Assembly: GCA_950097015.1 (NCBI GenBank)
Contig: CATNEN010000039.1
Coordinates: 6,014,001-6,078,000, forward strand
Origin: Macrostomum hystrix
Taxonomy: Eukaryota > Animalia > Platyhelminthes
DNA: 64,000 nt
Direction of reading: 5' to 3'
Made by a program: the position numbers and the translations under genes. The notes beneath the pieces are model-generated. The model worked only from the letters and a program-made list of their open reading frames with translations. It ran no database searches and was not told the DNA's origin. Shown here one piece after another: positions 25,295 to 37,800 of this stretch. The number at the start of each line of letters is the position of its first letter. The stretch's first letter is position 1.

Positions 25295-25576
25295 GGGAAG
25301 TATGATGTATCGAGAAGAAGCATTAATTATCGAGAGAGTTTGCATATTGTAAATTATTGTTCTTCTCATGGCTGCAAAGCGTGATTTTCTTACCCCAAGG
25401 GGGTCATGGTTGCTAGTCGATTATACTAAAAATAAAAACTTGTGAATAAACGTGCATATTCCACTACTGCACTTTAAATGTTTTATTGCAATTTTCTAAA
25501 AAGCCTCACTAACTTAGGACAGTATTCATTTTTCTTTTTTGAAATTTGGACATCCTTTGTCTACACAAGCTGATCG

Positions 25577-26080
25577 GTGAGTAAACTGTGAATGAATCAG
25601 GGAGTGAACTGTGAATGAATCAGTGAGTAAACTGTGAATGAATCAGTGAGTAAACTGTGAATGAATCAGTGAGTAAACTGTGAATGAATCAGGGAGTGAA
25701 CTGTGAATGAATCAGTGAGTAAACTGTGAATGAATCAGTGAGTAAACTGTGAATGAATCAGTGAGTAAACTGTGAATGAATCAGTGAGTAAACTGTGAAT
25801 GAATCAGTGAGTAAACTGTGAATGAATCAGTGAGTAAACTGTGAATGAATCAGTGAGTAAACTGTGAATGAATCAGTGAGTAAACTGTGAATGAATCAGT
25901 GAGTAAACTGTGAATGAATCAGTGAGTAAACTGTGAATGAATCAGGGAGTGAACTGTGAATGAATCAGTGAGTAAACTGTGAATGAATCAGTGAGTAAAC
26001 TGTGAATGAATCAGTGAGTAAACTGTGAATGAATCAGTGAGTAAACTGTGAATGAATAAGTGAATGAAATGTGAATGAAT
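25577..26080. repeat. 23-bp minisatellite (gtgagtaaactgtgaatgaatca)n, ~21 units
   Basis: Direct. Confidence 0.95.
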
Positions 26081-26399
26081 TATTGACTAAGCTGGAAATA
26101 ACCGACCAAGCTGTAATCATGGCCCTGATTTCGAGTTCATGAATGAATCGTCAAAGTTGCAACCAGTTCCAGGACGCACTAATTTATCTGTCTGAATTAA
26201 TCTGCTTGCACAACTGCTCACTTCATTTAATTAATATCGGCACCAGCAGCTTTGCTTGCTGACCTTGTGAGTCTGACATTAGATTGAATTCCAGACGGAC
26301 TTTCTAGACACGAGCTGGTGTACTTCTGTTTGCACTTTTCGACCATTTGAAAGACTGTTAGGAATCAGTCAGTTGTTAATTTTTTACTCATTCTTTACC

Positions 26400-26728
26400 G
26401 TGTCTACCCTCGACCTTCACCGTTTCCACCTTCGACATTCAGTGTGTCCACCCTCGACTTTCACCGTGTCCACCGTCGTCTTTCAGTATGTCCACCGTCG
26501 TCCTTCAGTGTGTCCACCATCGTCCTTTAGTGTGTCCACCGTCGTCCTTTAGTATGTCCACCGTCGTCCTTCAGTGTGTCCACCGTCGTCCTTTAGTATG
26601 TCCACCGTCGTCCTTCAGTGTGTCCACCGTCGTCCATCAGTATGTCCACCGTCGTCCTTCCGTGTGTCCACCGTCATCCATCAGTGTGTCCACCGTCGTT
26701 CTTCAGTGTGTCCACCTTCGTCCTTCAG
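26400..26728. repeat. ~22-bp minisatellite (tgtccaccgtcgtccttcagtg)n, copy 2
   Basis: Direct. Confidence 0.92.
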
Positions 26729-27111
26729 TTTTGCCGACCCTGCAGTCTGCCAGCATGGCCTGTATCAGGGCGTCGGCCAAAGTAGTAAAGTGCGCGCGGA
26801 GCATTTTCGGTGCAGTTCTGGCCTACAATTGTAGCCAAACGTCATTAAAAGGAGCAGCTCTGATGCTGCACCTGCTTTTTTTCAAACGATTTCTTTGCTC
26901 AACACGAAAAAATTTAAAGAAAGAAAGATTCTCTTCGAATTAAGCGATCGGAAATCCGACTGACGGGCAGACAGATCAAGGCATTGACATGAGGGGGCGG
27001 CAACGGAAATAGGTGCACTTTTTCAAGTCTTGTCTGCGAAAATGATCTGAAAAATGTAGCTGCATTTCTGCCAGATTGGATCGGGCTCGGTGCGGAGACT
27101 GACTTGAGATA

Positions 27112-28070
27112 AGTCACAGTGAGTCTCCTAGTGTTGTGACAGTCACTCCTAGTGTTATGACAGTCACTCCTAGTGTTATGACAGTCACTCCTAGTGTTAT
27201 GACAGTCACTCCTAGTGTTATGACAGTCAGTCCTAGTGTTATGACAGTCACTCCTAGTGTTATGACAGTCACTCCTAGTGTTATGACAGTCACTCCTAGT
27301 GTTATGAGAGTCACTCCTAGTGTTATGAGAGTCACTCCTAGTGTTATGAGAGTCACTTCTTCTGGATTTAGAGTCACCCCTACTGCAATGAGAGTCACCC
27401 TATTTGCATTGAGAGTCACTCTTGCTGCAGTGAGAGTCAATCCTACTGCAGTGAGATTCACTCCAACTGCATTGAGAGTCACTCCAACAGAATTGAGAGT
27501 CACTCCAACTGAATTGAGAGTCACTCCAACTGCATTGAGAGTAACTCCAACTGTATTGAGAGTCACTCCAACTGCATTGAGAGTCACTCCAACTGAATTG
27601 AGAGTCACTCCAACTGCATAGAGATTCACTCCAACTGCATTGAGAGTCACTCCAACAGAATTGAGAGTCACTCCAACTGAATTGAGAGTCACTCCAACTG
27701 CATTGAGAGTAACTCCAACTGTATTGAGAGTCACTCCAACTGCATTGAGAGTCACTCCAACTGCATTGAGAGTCACTCCAACTGAATTGAGAGTCACTCC
27801 AACTGAATTGAGAGTCACTCCAACTGAATTGAGAGTCACTCCAACTGAATTGAGAGTCACTCCAACTGAATTGAGAGTCACTCCAACTGAATTGAGAGTC
27901 ACTCGACCTGAATTGAGAGTCACTCGACCTGAATTGAGAGTCACTCCAACTGAATTGAGAGTCACTCCAACTGCATTGAGAGTCACTCCAACTGCATTGA
28001 GAGTCACTCCAATTGCGTTGAGAGTCACTCCAACTGCATTGAGAGTCACTCCAATTGCGTTGAGTCACCC
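27112..28070. repeat. Compound 21-bp minisatellite upstream of insulin-like gene copy 2
   Basis: Same two unit types as 14530-15665 in different proportions. Confidence 0.96.
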
Positions 28071-28340
28071 CTCTAGCATTTTTCTGGTGCCAATTCTTGC
28101 GTTCAGTTACTTAATTCTGTAAATTGTGAAAACTGACGCTTGTTATGCGTGTCTTAAACCGAATAGCAAAAAAGCGATAAATCAGTGACAGATTCGGTAT
28201 GTCATTTCGCTACATCCGAGGCTCTATAAATTCACAGAAAATCTACTTTACTGATGCCGCCATTCAGCTGTCTCGCCACCGTTGAACAGTGGAATCTCAG
28301 TGGAATCTCAGTGGAATCTCAGTGGAATCTCCGTTGAAGC

Positions 28341-28871
28341 ATGTCCACACTATTGCCTCTAGCCCTGATCGTGCTGGTCGCTGCCACCGCTTCTCAGACT
28401 AGCGCCAGTCGTCCGCCAGGCTGGGAGAGAAGCGGCAAAATCCAGTGTGACGGCCAGATCAGGAAGCCGCAGCAGGCGAGGGGCCTCTGCGGCTGGAACC
28501 TGAAAATCATCCTAGCCGGGGCCTGCTGCTGGTACTGCCGCGCCCTCCGGGTGGTCAAACATCGGCCCAACCTGCTGACACAGCTGAACCGAGGTGATTT
28601 CCGGCATTTCAACTTCACCCAGTGCCAGGTCGGCCACCGAATCCGTCAGAACCAGCGGCACTCCGTGCTGGGACGCAGGCAGGACAAACGCAACGGCGGC
28701 GGGGGCGGCGGTAATGCCCTTGAACAGAGGCGGCTGCAGCAGCTGCTTAGCATGGATCGCAGCAAGGTGTGGCGTATTCGGCCAACAGGAGACGACCTGC
28801 TCTGCGACTGCTGCTTCAAGCCCTGTGGAATGAAAACCCTGTGGAATTACTGCAGCTGCGATATCGACTGA
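28341..28871 (+). CDS. Insulin/relaxin-like peptide precursor, copy 2 (176 aa)
   Basis: Same motifs as copy 1; differs at ERS[S/G]K and CQ[F/V]GH. Confidence 0.88.
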   Translation: MSTLLPLALIVLVAATASQTSASRPPGWERSGKIQCDGQIRKPQQARGLCGWNLKIILAGACCWYCRALRVVKHRPNLLTQLNRGDFRHFNFTQCQVGHRIRQNQRHSVLGRRQDKRNGGGGGGNALEQRRLQQLLSMDRSKVWRIRPTGDDLLCDCCFKPCGMKTLWNYCSCDID

Positions 28872-29782
28872 GCTTTACATTTTGGTACTTTAAACTGCCT
28901 GTCCGCACTTTCCTTGATCATGACAATTTGAAGCTTTGAAATAAACCTAGGCAGGAATGTCTGCGGGGCGATCCCGCATTTTATCTGCCTGTGTTTGTGG
29001 CCGCTCTATTCAAAATCTCATTTGAATTGAATGAGATGCCGTCTACCAAGAGATCTATAGAAATCTATAGAAAATATTCACTCTTTTTATCAATCTACTC
29101 TACTTGCAGTAGGTTTTCAGACATGATTCATTGTTATATACTCACTTCGAAATCAGCCATTAAAACTACAGTTCCATACATTCTTTAATTTTTCGAGCAT
29201 CGACTTATTTAAATGAGCAATTTAACTACTAGAATGATTTGAGTCCAGTCTTTGCTCATTGTTCCAAGACCGAGTAAAATGGTTTGCCTCCAAACAGCTA
29301 AATTGAAGTGGTCATTGCAGCTCATCCAACTAAGGAAGAGACTAAGAAACTAATACTCAATGCTTTTCAGGGTAGTGAAAAAAACAAAAAATGAATTACC
29401 GACCCTCAAAAAGTTTAGAATGAATGTGCTGAGTGTCGAATGATAAGTGCAGAAAAACTATTTGCAATTGAAGCCTTATAAAAAAACTTTTACAAGTAGC
29501 AAAAGCAGAAGCGACTGCGTGGGTGCAGACAGAATACAGCTGAACAGTAATTCTCGTTTATCTAATCAATTACTTGAAGTAAAACGAACAAAAAACTCAA
29601 ACAGTCTCTACTATACTACGACTATATCTACAACAATCAGATGTCAAAGAACCAAGTGTCAAACGTCAAACAGCTAAGCCTCAATCAGCCAAGCGCCGAA
29701 TAACCTAACTAAAAAGCAAGCAACCCAGCAAGTTTCTCAAACAGGGTGCGGAAACATTTGATTGTCGATTCCACATCTATCG

Positions 29783-30354
29783 TTAATCCACTTCAACATC
29801 AACGCGAACTTCCATGCGCTGCCCATTTAACGGTATTGACTCCTCGAGTTGTTCCTTTCCATCTGGGACCAGTTCAATTTCAGCGTCGCCAACGGCATCA
29901 AAGTTAGTTCGGAGAAGCTCGAACTGCTCTGTCTGCAGAGCGATGGACACGCCGCTATCAGTGTTGTCACCCTTGGTGGCGAAGAAACCGCGACTTCGGA
30001 TCAGAGCTCTCAGGTGGGGCAGAAGCCACTTGCCAACCGGCGTGATGGCAAAGGCGGCCCTGAAGTCGTCATTGACAGCGAAATAGGCCAGGGCGGAGGC
30101 GGCCATGCCGGTCTTGGCCAGCAGCAGGGCAGCCGTCGACAGTACGCGGTAGAGGCCGCTGTCCGGTGGCAATGGCCCTGCCAGGCTGCGAGCCGCCAGT
30201 ATGACGTAGGGCGTCCAGCACAGCAGAAAGGCGCCTGCGTAGAATTTGATACTAGACTGTTCTGCTTGAAATACTGCCTTCAGTTGTGCTATATACGGGC
30301 TACTACTACTACTACTACTACTGCTACTACTACTACTACTACTACTACTACTAG

Positions 30355-30437
<83 letters not shown>

Positions 30438-30438
30438 G

Positions 30439-30488
<50 letters not shown>

Positions 30489-30489
30489 G

Positions 30490-30522
<33 letters not shown>

Positions 30523-30523
30523 A

Positions 30524-30606
<83 letters not shown>

Positions 30607-30608
30607 AA

Positions 30609-30668
<60 letters not shown>

Positions 30669-30669
30669 G

Positions 30670-30731
<62 letters not shown>

Positions 30732-30732
30732 G

Positions 30733-30775
<43 letters not shown>

Positions 30776-33700
30776 GCTACTACTTTTTAATTCTATAATT
30801 ATTCTCCATCCAATTTTCGATTTTAGGTGCCTGCTTTCTAATCGTGATGATTTCTTAATCTCGAGCTGAACCTGGAGGGTATGCGCATCCGCAAGAAAAG
30901 TAACATATTTTTTTCGATATACATTCACCGAGGCTACCAAACCGATTCCTTCAATTACACTCGTACAATTCTAAAAAGTACTGAATGCACCCAGTCAAAT
31001 ATTATAACTAGTATGATCTTTCAGTCAGAGCTATGACAGGCTCACCAACAATTGCCAACACGTGGCTGATGAATTTGCGATCGCGCCTGGCTTGACTCTC
31101 GCTGCCACCCAGCATGCTCGACGCACGGTTGCTGCGGACCTGGGCAAGTGTCAGGTCAGCTTGGAGTCAAGTGGCTCCACTCCGCAATAACAACACCCTC
31201 CTCACTCCACAAGTGGCTCCACTCCGCAATAACAAGACACCCTCCTCACTCCACAAATGGCTCCACACCGCTACAACAAGACACCATCCTCACTCCACAA
31301 ATGGCTCCACTCCGCTACAACAAGACACCATCCTCACTCCACAAATGGCTCCACACCGCTACAACAAGACACCATCCTCACTCCACAAATGGCTCCACTC
31401 CGCTACAACAAGACACCATCCTCACTCCACAAATGGCTCCACTCCGCTACAACAAGACACCCTCCTCACTCCACAAATGGCTCCACTCCGCTACAACAAG
31501 ACACCCTCCTCACTCCACAAATGGCTCCACTCCGCTACAACAAGACACCATCCTCACTCCACAAATGGCTCCACTCCGCTACAACAAGACACCCTCCTCA
31601 CTCCACAAATGGCTCCACTCCGCTACAACAAGACACCCTCCTCACTCCACAAATGGCTCCACTCCGCTACAACAAGACACCCTCCTCACTCCACAAATTG
31701 CTCCACTCCGCAATAACAGCACCATAGCTGGCTCACGTGAGCATAGATGGCTGTATAGGAGGCGACAATAATGGTGATTGGCAGAAGGAACTCGCCAAGC
31801 AGCAAACCAGCCAGGTAGATCTTGTCTCCTGGCCGGCTGCTCTCCCAGTCGAGATCGCAGGCGGCCACGTCGCCAACTCGGCGGACGCCGGCCAGGCCGA
31901 ACATTGGTGGCAGGCTCCAGGCGGCGGCAAGGACGCCGCACAAGACAACCATGGCTAGAACGTCGGAGTTGTCGAATCGTAGATTTTTGGTCACCATGCG
32001 GCACCGGAGAGCTGAGAGGCCCGTCAGGATGTTGATGTTGAACAGGCCGAGAGCACTGGTGCCAAAGACGTACCTTTGGGGAATTGACAAGTGTTGATTA
32101 GCTTTGTATTTTGGATGACTGTAAGGTGGTGGATGACTGTAAGGTGGTGGATGACTGTAAGGTGGTGGATGACTGTAAGGTGGTGGATGACTGTAAGGTG
32201 GTGGATGACTGTAAGGTGGTGGATGACTGTAAGGTGGTGGATGACTGTAAGGTGGTGGATGACTGTAAGGTGGTGGATGACTGCAGGGTGGTGGATGACT
32301 GTAGGGTGGTGGATGACTGCAGGGTGGTGGATGACTGCAGGGTGGTGGATGACTGCAGGGTGGTGGATGACTGTAAGGTGGTGGATGACTGTAAGGTGGT
32401 GGATGACTGCAGGGTGGTGGATGACTGTAGGGTGGTGGATGACTGTAGGGTGGTGGATGACTGCAGGGTGGTGGATGACTGCAGGGTGGTGGATGACTGC
32501 AGGGTGGTGGATGACTGCAGGGTGGTGGATGACTGCAGGGTGGTGGATGACTGCAGGGTGGTGGATGACTGCAGGGTGGTGGATGACTGCAGGGTGGTGG
32601 ATGACTGTAAGGTGGTGGATGACTGTAAGGTGGTGGATGACTGCAGGGTGGTGGATGACTGTAAGGTGGTGGATGACTGCAGGGTGGTGGATGACTGTAG
32701 GGTGGTGGATGACTGCAGGGTGGTGGATGACTGCAGGGTGGTGGATGACTGCAGGGTGGTGGATGACTGCAGGGTGGTGGATGACTGCAGGGTGGTGGAT
32801 GACTGCAGGGTGGTGGATGACTGCAGGGTGGTGGATGACTGTAAGGTGGTGGATGACTGCAGGGTGGTGGATGACTGTAAGGTGGTGGATGACTGCAGGG
32901 TGGTGGATGACTGTAAGGTGGTGGATGACTGCAGGGTGGTGGATGACTGCAGGGTGGTGGATGACTGCAGGGTGGTGGATGACTGTAAGGTGGTGGATGA
33001 CTGCAGGGTGGTGGATGACTGTAAGGTGGTGGATGACTGCAGGGTGGTGGATGACTGCAGGGTGGTGGATGACTGCAGGGTGGTGGATGACTGCAGGGTG
33101 GTGGATGACTGCAGGGTGGTGGATGACTGCAGGGTGGTGGATGACTGCAGGGTGGTGGATGACTGCAGGGTGGTGGATGACTGCAGGGTGGTGGATGACT
33201 GCAGGGTGGTGGATGACTGTAAGGTGGTGGATGACTGCAGGGTGGTGGATGACTGTAAGGTGGTGGATGACTGCAGGGTGGTGGATGACTGTAAGGTGGT
33301 GGATGACTGCAGGGTGGTGGATGACTGCAGGGTGGTGGATGACTGCAGGGTGGTGGATGACTGCAGGGTGGTGGATGACTGCAGGGTGGTGGATGACTGC
33401 AGGGTGGTGGATGACTGCAGGGTGGTGGATGACTGCAGGGTGGTGGATGACTGCAGGGTGGTGGATGACTGCAGGGTGGTGGATGACTGTAAGGTGGTGG
33501 ATGACTGTAAGGTGGTGGATGACTGTAAGGTGGTGGATGACTGCAGGGTGGTGGATGACTGTAAGGTGGTGGATGACTGCAGGGTGGTGGATGACTGCAG
33601 GGTGGTGGATGACTGCAGGGTGGTGGATGACTGCAGGGTGGTGGATGACTGCAGGGTGGTGGATGACTGCAGGGTGGTGGATGACTGCAGGGTGGTGGAT

Positions 33701-36700
33701 GACTGCAGGGTGGTGGATGACTGCAGGGTGGTGGATGACTGCAGGGTGGTGGATGACTGTAAGGTGGTGGATGACTGTAAGGTGGTGGATGACTGTAAGG
33801 TGGTGGATGACTGCAGGGTGGTGGATGACTGTAAGGTGGTGGATGACTGCAGGGTGGTGGATGACTGCAGGGTGGTGGATGACTGCAGGGTGGTGGATGA
33901 CTGCAGGGTGGTGGATGCCTGTAAGGTGGTGGATGACTGTAAGGTGGTGGATGACTGTAAGGTGGTGGATGACTGCAGGGTGGTGGATGACTGTAAGGTG
34001 GTGGATGACTGTAAGGTGGTGGATGACTGCAGGGTGGTGGATGACTGCAGGGTGGTGGATGACTGCAGGGTGGTGGATGACTGCAGGGTGGTGGATGACT
34101 GCAGGGTGGTGGATGACTGCAGGGTGGTGGATGACTGCAGGGTGGTGGATGACTGCAGGGTGGTGGATGACTGCAGGGTGGTGGATGACTGCAGGGTGGT
34201 GGATGACTGTAAGGTGGTGGATGACTGTAAGGTGGTGGATGACTGTAAGGTGGTGGATGACTGCAGGGTGGTGGATGACTGTAAGGTGGTGGATGACTGC
34301 AGGGTGGTGGATGACTGCAGGGTGGTGGATGACTGCAGGGTGGTGGATGACTGCAGGGTGGTGGATGCCTGTAAGGTGGTGGATGACTGTAAGGTGGTGG
34401 ATGACTGTAAGGTGGTGGATGACTGCAGGGTGGTGGATGACTGTAAGGTGGTGGATGACTGTAAGGTGGTGGATGACTGCAGGGTGGTGGATGACTGTAA
34501 GGTGGTGGATGACTGTTAGGTGGTGGATGACTGTAAGGTGGTGGATGACTGTAAGGTGGTGGATGACTGTAAGGTGGTGGATGACTGCAGGGTGGTGGAT
34601 GACTGTAAGGTGGTGGATGACTGTAAGGTGGTGGATGACTGTAAGGTGGTGGATGACTGTAAGGTGGTGGATGACTGTAATGTGGTGGATGACTGTAAGG
34701 TGGTGGATGACTGTAAGGTGGTGGATGACTGTAAGGTGGTGGATGACTGCAGGGTGGTGGATGACTGTAAGGTGGTGGATGACTGTAAGGTGGTGGATGA
34801 CTGTAAGGTGGTGGATAAACTGTAAGGTGGTGGATGACTGTAAGGTGGTGGATGACTGCAGGGTGGTGGATGACTGTAAGGTGGTGGATGACTGCAGGGT
34901 GGTGGATGACTGTAAGGTGGTGGATGAATGTAAGGTGGTGGATGACTGTAAGGTGGTGGATGACTGTAAGGTGGTGGATGACTGTAAGGTGGTGGATGAC
35001 TGCAGGGTGGTGGATGACTGTAAGGTGGTGGATGACTGCAGGGTGGTGGATGACTGTAAGGTGGTGGATGACTGTAAGGTGGTGGATGACTGTAAGGTGG
35101 TGGATGACTGTAAGGTGGTGGATGACTGTAAGGTGGTGGATGACTGTAAGGTGGTGGATGACTGTAAGGTGGTGGATGACTGCAGGGTGGTGGATGACTG
35201 TAAGGTGGTGGATGACTGCAGGGTGGTGGATGACTGTAAGGTGGTGGATGACTGCAGGGTGGTGGATGACTGTAAGGTGGTGGATGACTGTAAGGTGGTG
35301 GATGACTGTTAGGTGGTGGATGACTGCAGGGTGGTGGATGACTGTAAGGTGGTGGATGACTGCAGGGTGGTGGATGACTGTAAGGTGGTGGATGACTGTA
35401 AGGTGGTGGATGACTGTAAGGTGGTGGATGACTGTAAGGTGGTGGATGACTGTAAGGTGGTGGATGACTGCAGGGTGGTGGATGACTGTAAGGTGGTGGA
35501 TGACTGCAGGGTGGTGGATGACTGTAAGGTGGTGGATGACTGTAAGGTGGTGGATGACTGTAAGGTGGTGGATGACTGTAAGGTGGTGGATGACTGTAAG
35601 GTGGTGGATGACTGCAGGGTGGTGGATGGGGTCGGTGGCAGAGCGGTCAACGCGTTTGCCTCTCGCACCACGGTCCCCAAGTTCGATTCCACGGCGAGGC
35701 CACATTTATTTGGGGCGCAGCCGCGGAGAGAAGGCTTGAGGGCTTGTCGTGCAATTTACGCCCTTGAGGGCCAACCTCCAAGGCACAGTGAAATGTACAC
35801 TGCCTGACGATGAGAAAGTCAGGGCAGATGTACACACCTGTGTGAGCGTATGCCTGGGTACAGTATCTGTGTGCGTGTGCGCTCAGGAGTCAGCGAAATG
35901 GGCAGAATTGCCTCCTCGTTGGCTGCGGGTCTAGTGTCACTAAATGATGTGCCACTGCCCGCAGCCCTCCTGCCATTATTATTATTATTATTAAGGTGGT
36001 GGATGACTGTAAGGTGGGTGATGACTGTAAGGTGGGTGATGACTGTAAGGTGGGTGATGACTGTAAGGTGGGTGATGACTGTAAGGTGGTGGATGACTGC
36101 AGGGTGGGTGATGACTGTAAGGTGGGTGATGACTGTAAGGTGGGTGATGAATGTAAGGTGGGTGATGACTGTAAGGTGGGTGATGACTGTAAGGTGGTGG
36201 ATGACTGCAGGGTGGGTGATGACTGTAAGGTGGGTGATGACTGTAAGGTGGGTGATGACTGTAAGGTGGGTGATGACTGTAAGGTGGTGCATGGGTGATG
36301 ACTGCAGGGTGGTGGGTGATGACTGCAGGGTGGTGGGTGATGACTGCAGGGTGGTGGGTGATGACTGCAGGGTGGTGGGTGATGACTGCAGGGTGGTGGG
36401 TGATGACTGCAGGGTGGGCTGCAGGGTTCCCTCACCAGTAGCACCAGCCGATGCTGAAGGCCCAGTTGCCTGCCACCCAGGCGGAGGCCAAATTGAGCGT
36501 GGCCGCCACCAGCACGCAAAGGCAGTTGCCAAGGAAACCGGTGCACAGCAGGTGCATGGAGGGGTTGTGCAGTGATGGCGAGGCCAGGATGTTGTAGGCA
36601 GAGAGGCCGTTCGAGGCGAAGCTGACGGCGTACATGAGGGTGAACCAGCAGGCTTTGGCGTAGTGGCTCAGAGCACTGGTCTCATCGTTAGCGGCAATGC

Positions 36701-36725
36701 TGCTCGGAGTTTGTGCTTCATCCAT
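29783..36725 (-). CDS. Divergent opsin (class A GPCR with retinal-binding Lys). Exons 36725(or 36755)-36436, 32073-31737, 31139-31046, 30234-29783 (~390 aa)
   Basis: Exons join in frame at GT-AG junctions (1173 nt). Seven hydrophobic segments; LHNPSMHLL; WAFSIGWC; WSLPPMFG; ACDLDW; EFLLPITIIVASY; FLLCWTPY; TM7 LLAKT (Lys296 equivalent); helix 8 NDDFR. Confidence 0.85.
30299..30785. repeat. (TAC)n microsatellite in opsin intron 3
   Basis: Direct. Confidence 0.98.
31168..31718. repeat. ~44-bp minisatellite (cacaaatggctccactccgctacaacaagacaccmtcctcactc) filling opsin intron 2
   Basis: About 12 tandem units. Confidence 0.95.
32112..35628. repeat. 3.5-kb array of the 15-bp minisatellite (two main variants, ...tgtaag and ...tgcagg) in opsin intron 1
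   Basis: Direct; explains the WWMTAG, VDDCRV and HPPPCS ORFs. Confidence 0.98.
35629..35992 (+). mobile_element. tRNA-derived SINE, full-length copy 1
   Basis: A box TGGCAGAGCGG, B box GTTCGATTC, (ATT)n tail; three further copies in the window. Confidence 0.88.
35993..36420. repeat. Satellite variant B (ggtgggtgatgactg) next to the opsin exon 1 donor
   Basis: Direct. Confidence 0.93.
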
Positions 36726-37013
36726 GGCTAACAATAGCGTCACGACTGTCCTCATGCAATGGTATTTGACCGCTCAGACAAATCTGATGGGACGGTTTGC
36801 GCCTCAGATATTAATAAATTCTGTCTGGCCGCTCAGACAGATTGGCCGCCGAGATGTGCTAGAAAAAAATCTGTTTAAGCCACATCAGATAAGTTCTCGT
36901 ATTGTGTTTCAAGGGGGAGATTTTCATCAGTTACAAATAAATGTCTGCCTATTTTCGCGACTGAAGACTGGCAAATAATTCTATAAACAAAGCTGAAAGC
37001 AGAAAACAGTTGG

Positions 37014-37800
37014 GACAGATCGATAAACTGGTTGCGGGGTGAGACAAATCGATAAACTGGTTGCGGATTGAGAGAAATCGATAAACTGGTTGCGGGTTGA
37101 GACAAATCGATAAACTGGTTGCGGGTTGAGACAAATCGATAAACTGGGGGCGGGTTGAGACAGATCGATAAACTGGGGGTGGGTTGAGACAGATCGATAA
37201 ACTGGGGGTGGGTTGAGACAGATCGATAAACTGGGGGCGGGTTGAGACAGATCGATAAACTGGTTGCGGGATGAGACAAATCGATAAACTGGTTGCGGGT
37301 TGAGACAGATGGATGAACTGGTTGCGGGTTGAGACAGATCGATAAACTGGTTGTGGGTTGAGACAGATCGATAAACTGGTTGCGGGTTGAGACAGATCGA
37401 TAAACTGGTTACGGGTTGAGACAGATCGATAAACTGGGGGCGGGTTGAGACAGATCGATAAACTGGGGGCGGGTTGAGACAGATCGATAAACTGGTTGCG
37501 GGGTGAGACAAATCGATAAACTGAGGGCGGGTTGAGACAGATCGATAAAATGGTTGCGGGGTGAGACAAATCGATAAACTGAGGGCGGGTTGAGACAGAT
37601 CGATAAACTGGGGGCGGGTTGAGACAGATCGATAAACTGGGGGCGGGTTGTGACAGATCGATAAACTGGTTGTGGGTTGAGACAGATCGATAAACTGGTT
37701 GTGGGTTGAGACAGATCGATAAACTGGGTGCGGGCTGTGGTGGATCGATAAACTGGGTGCGGGCTGTGGTGGATCGATAAACTGGGTCGGCTCAATAAAT
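37014..37800. repeat. ~29-bp minisatellite (gacagatcgataaactggttgcgggttga)n upstream of the opsin
   Basis: Direct. Confidence 0.95.

Noticed and set aside
35629-35705. tRNA gene
   Set aside because: It has A and B boxes but no convincing cloverleaf, and continues into a shared body and ATT tail in several dispersed copies, so it is a SINE head.
31686-35807. Very long ORFs (1339, 1073 and 802 aa; HPPPCS, WWMTAG, VDDCRV)
   Set aside because: They are translations of a 15-bp intronic satellite that is open in several frames on both strands. Only 31737-32073 is a real exon.
35800-35825. Hammerhead ribozyme core (CTGACGA...GAAA) in the SINE
   Set aside because: Only 3 nt separate the two core motifs, leaving no stem II; the segment is better explained as a simple hairpin.
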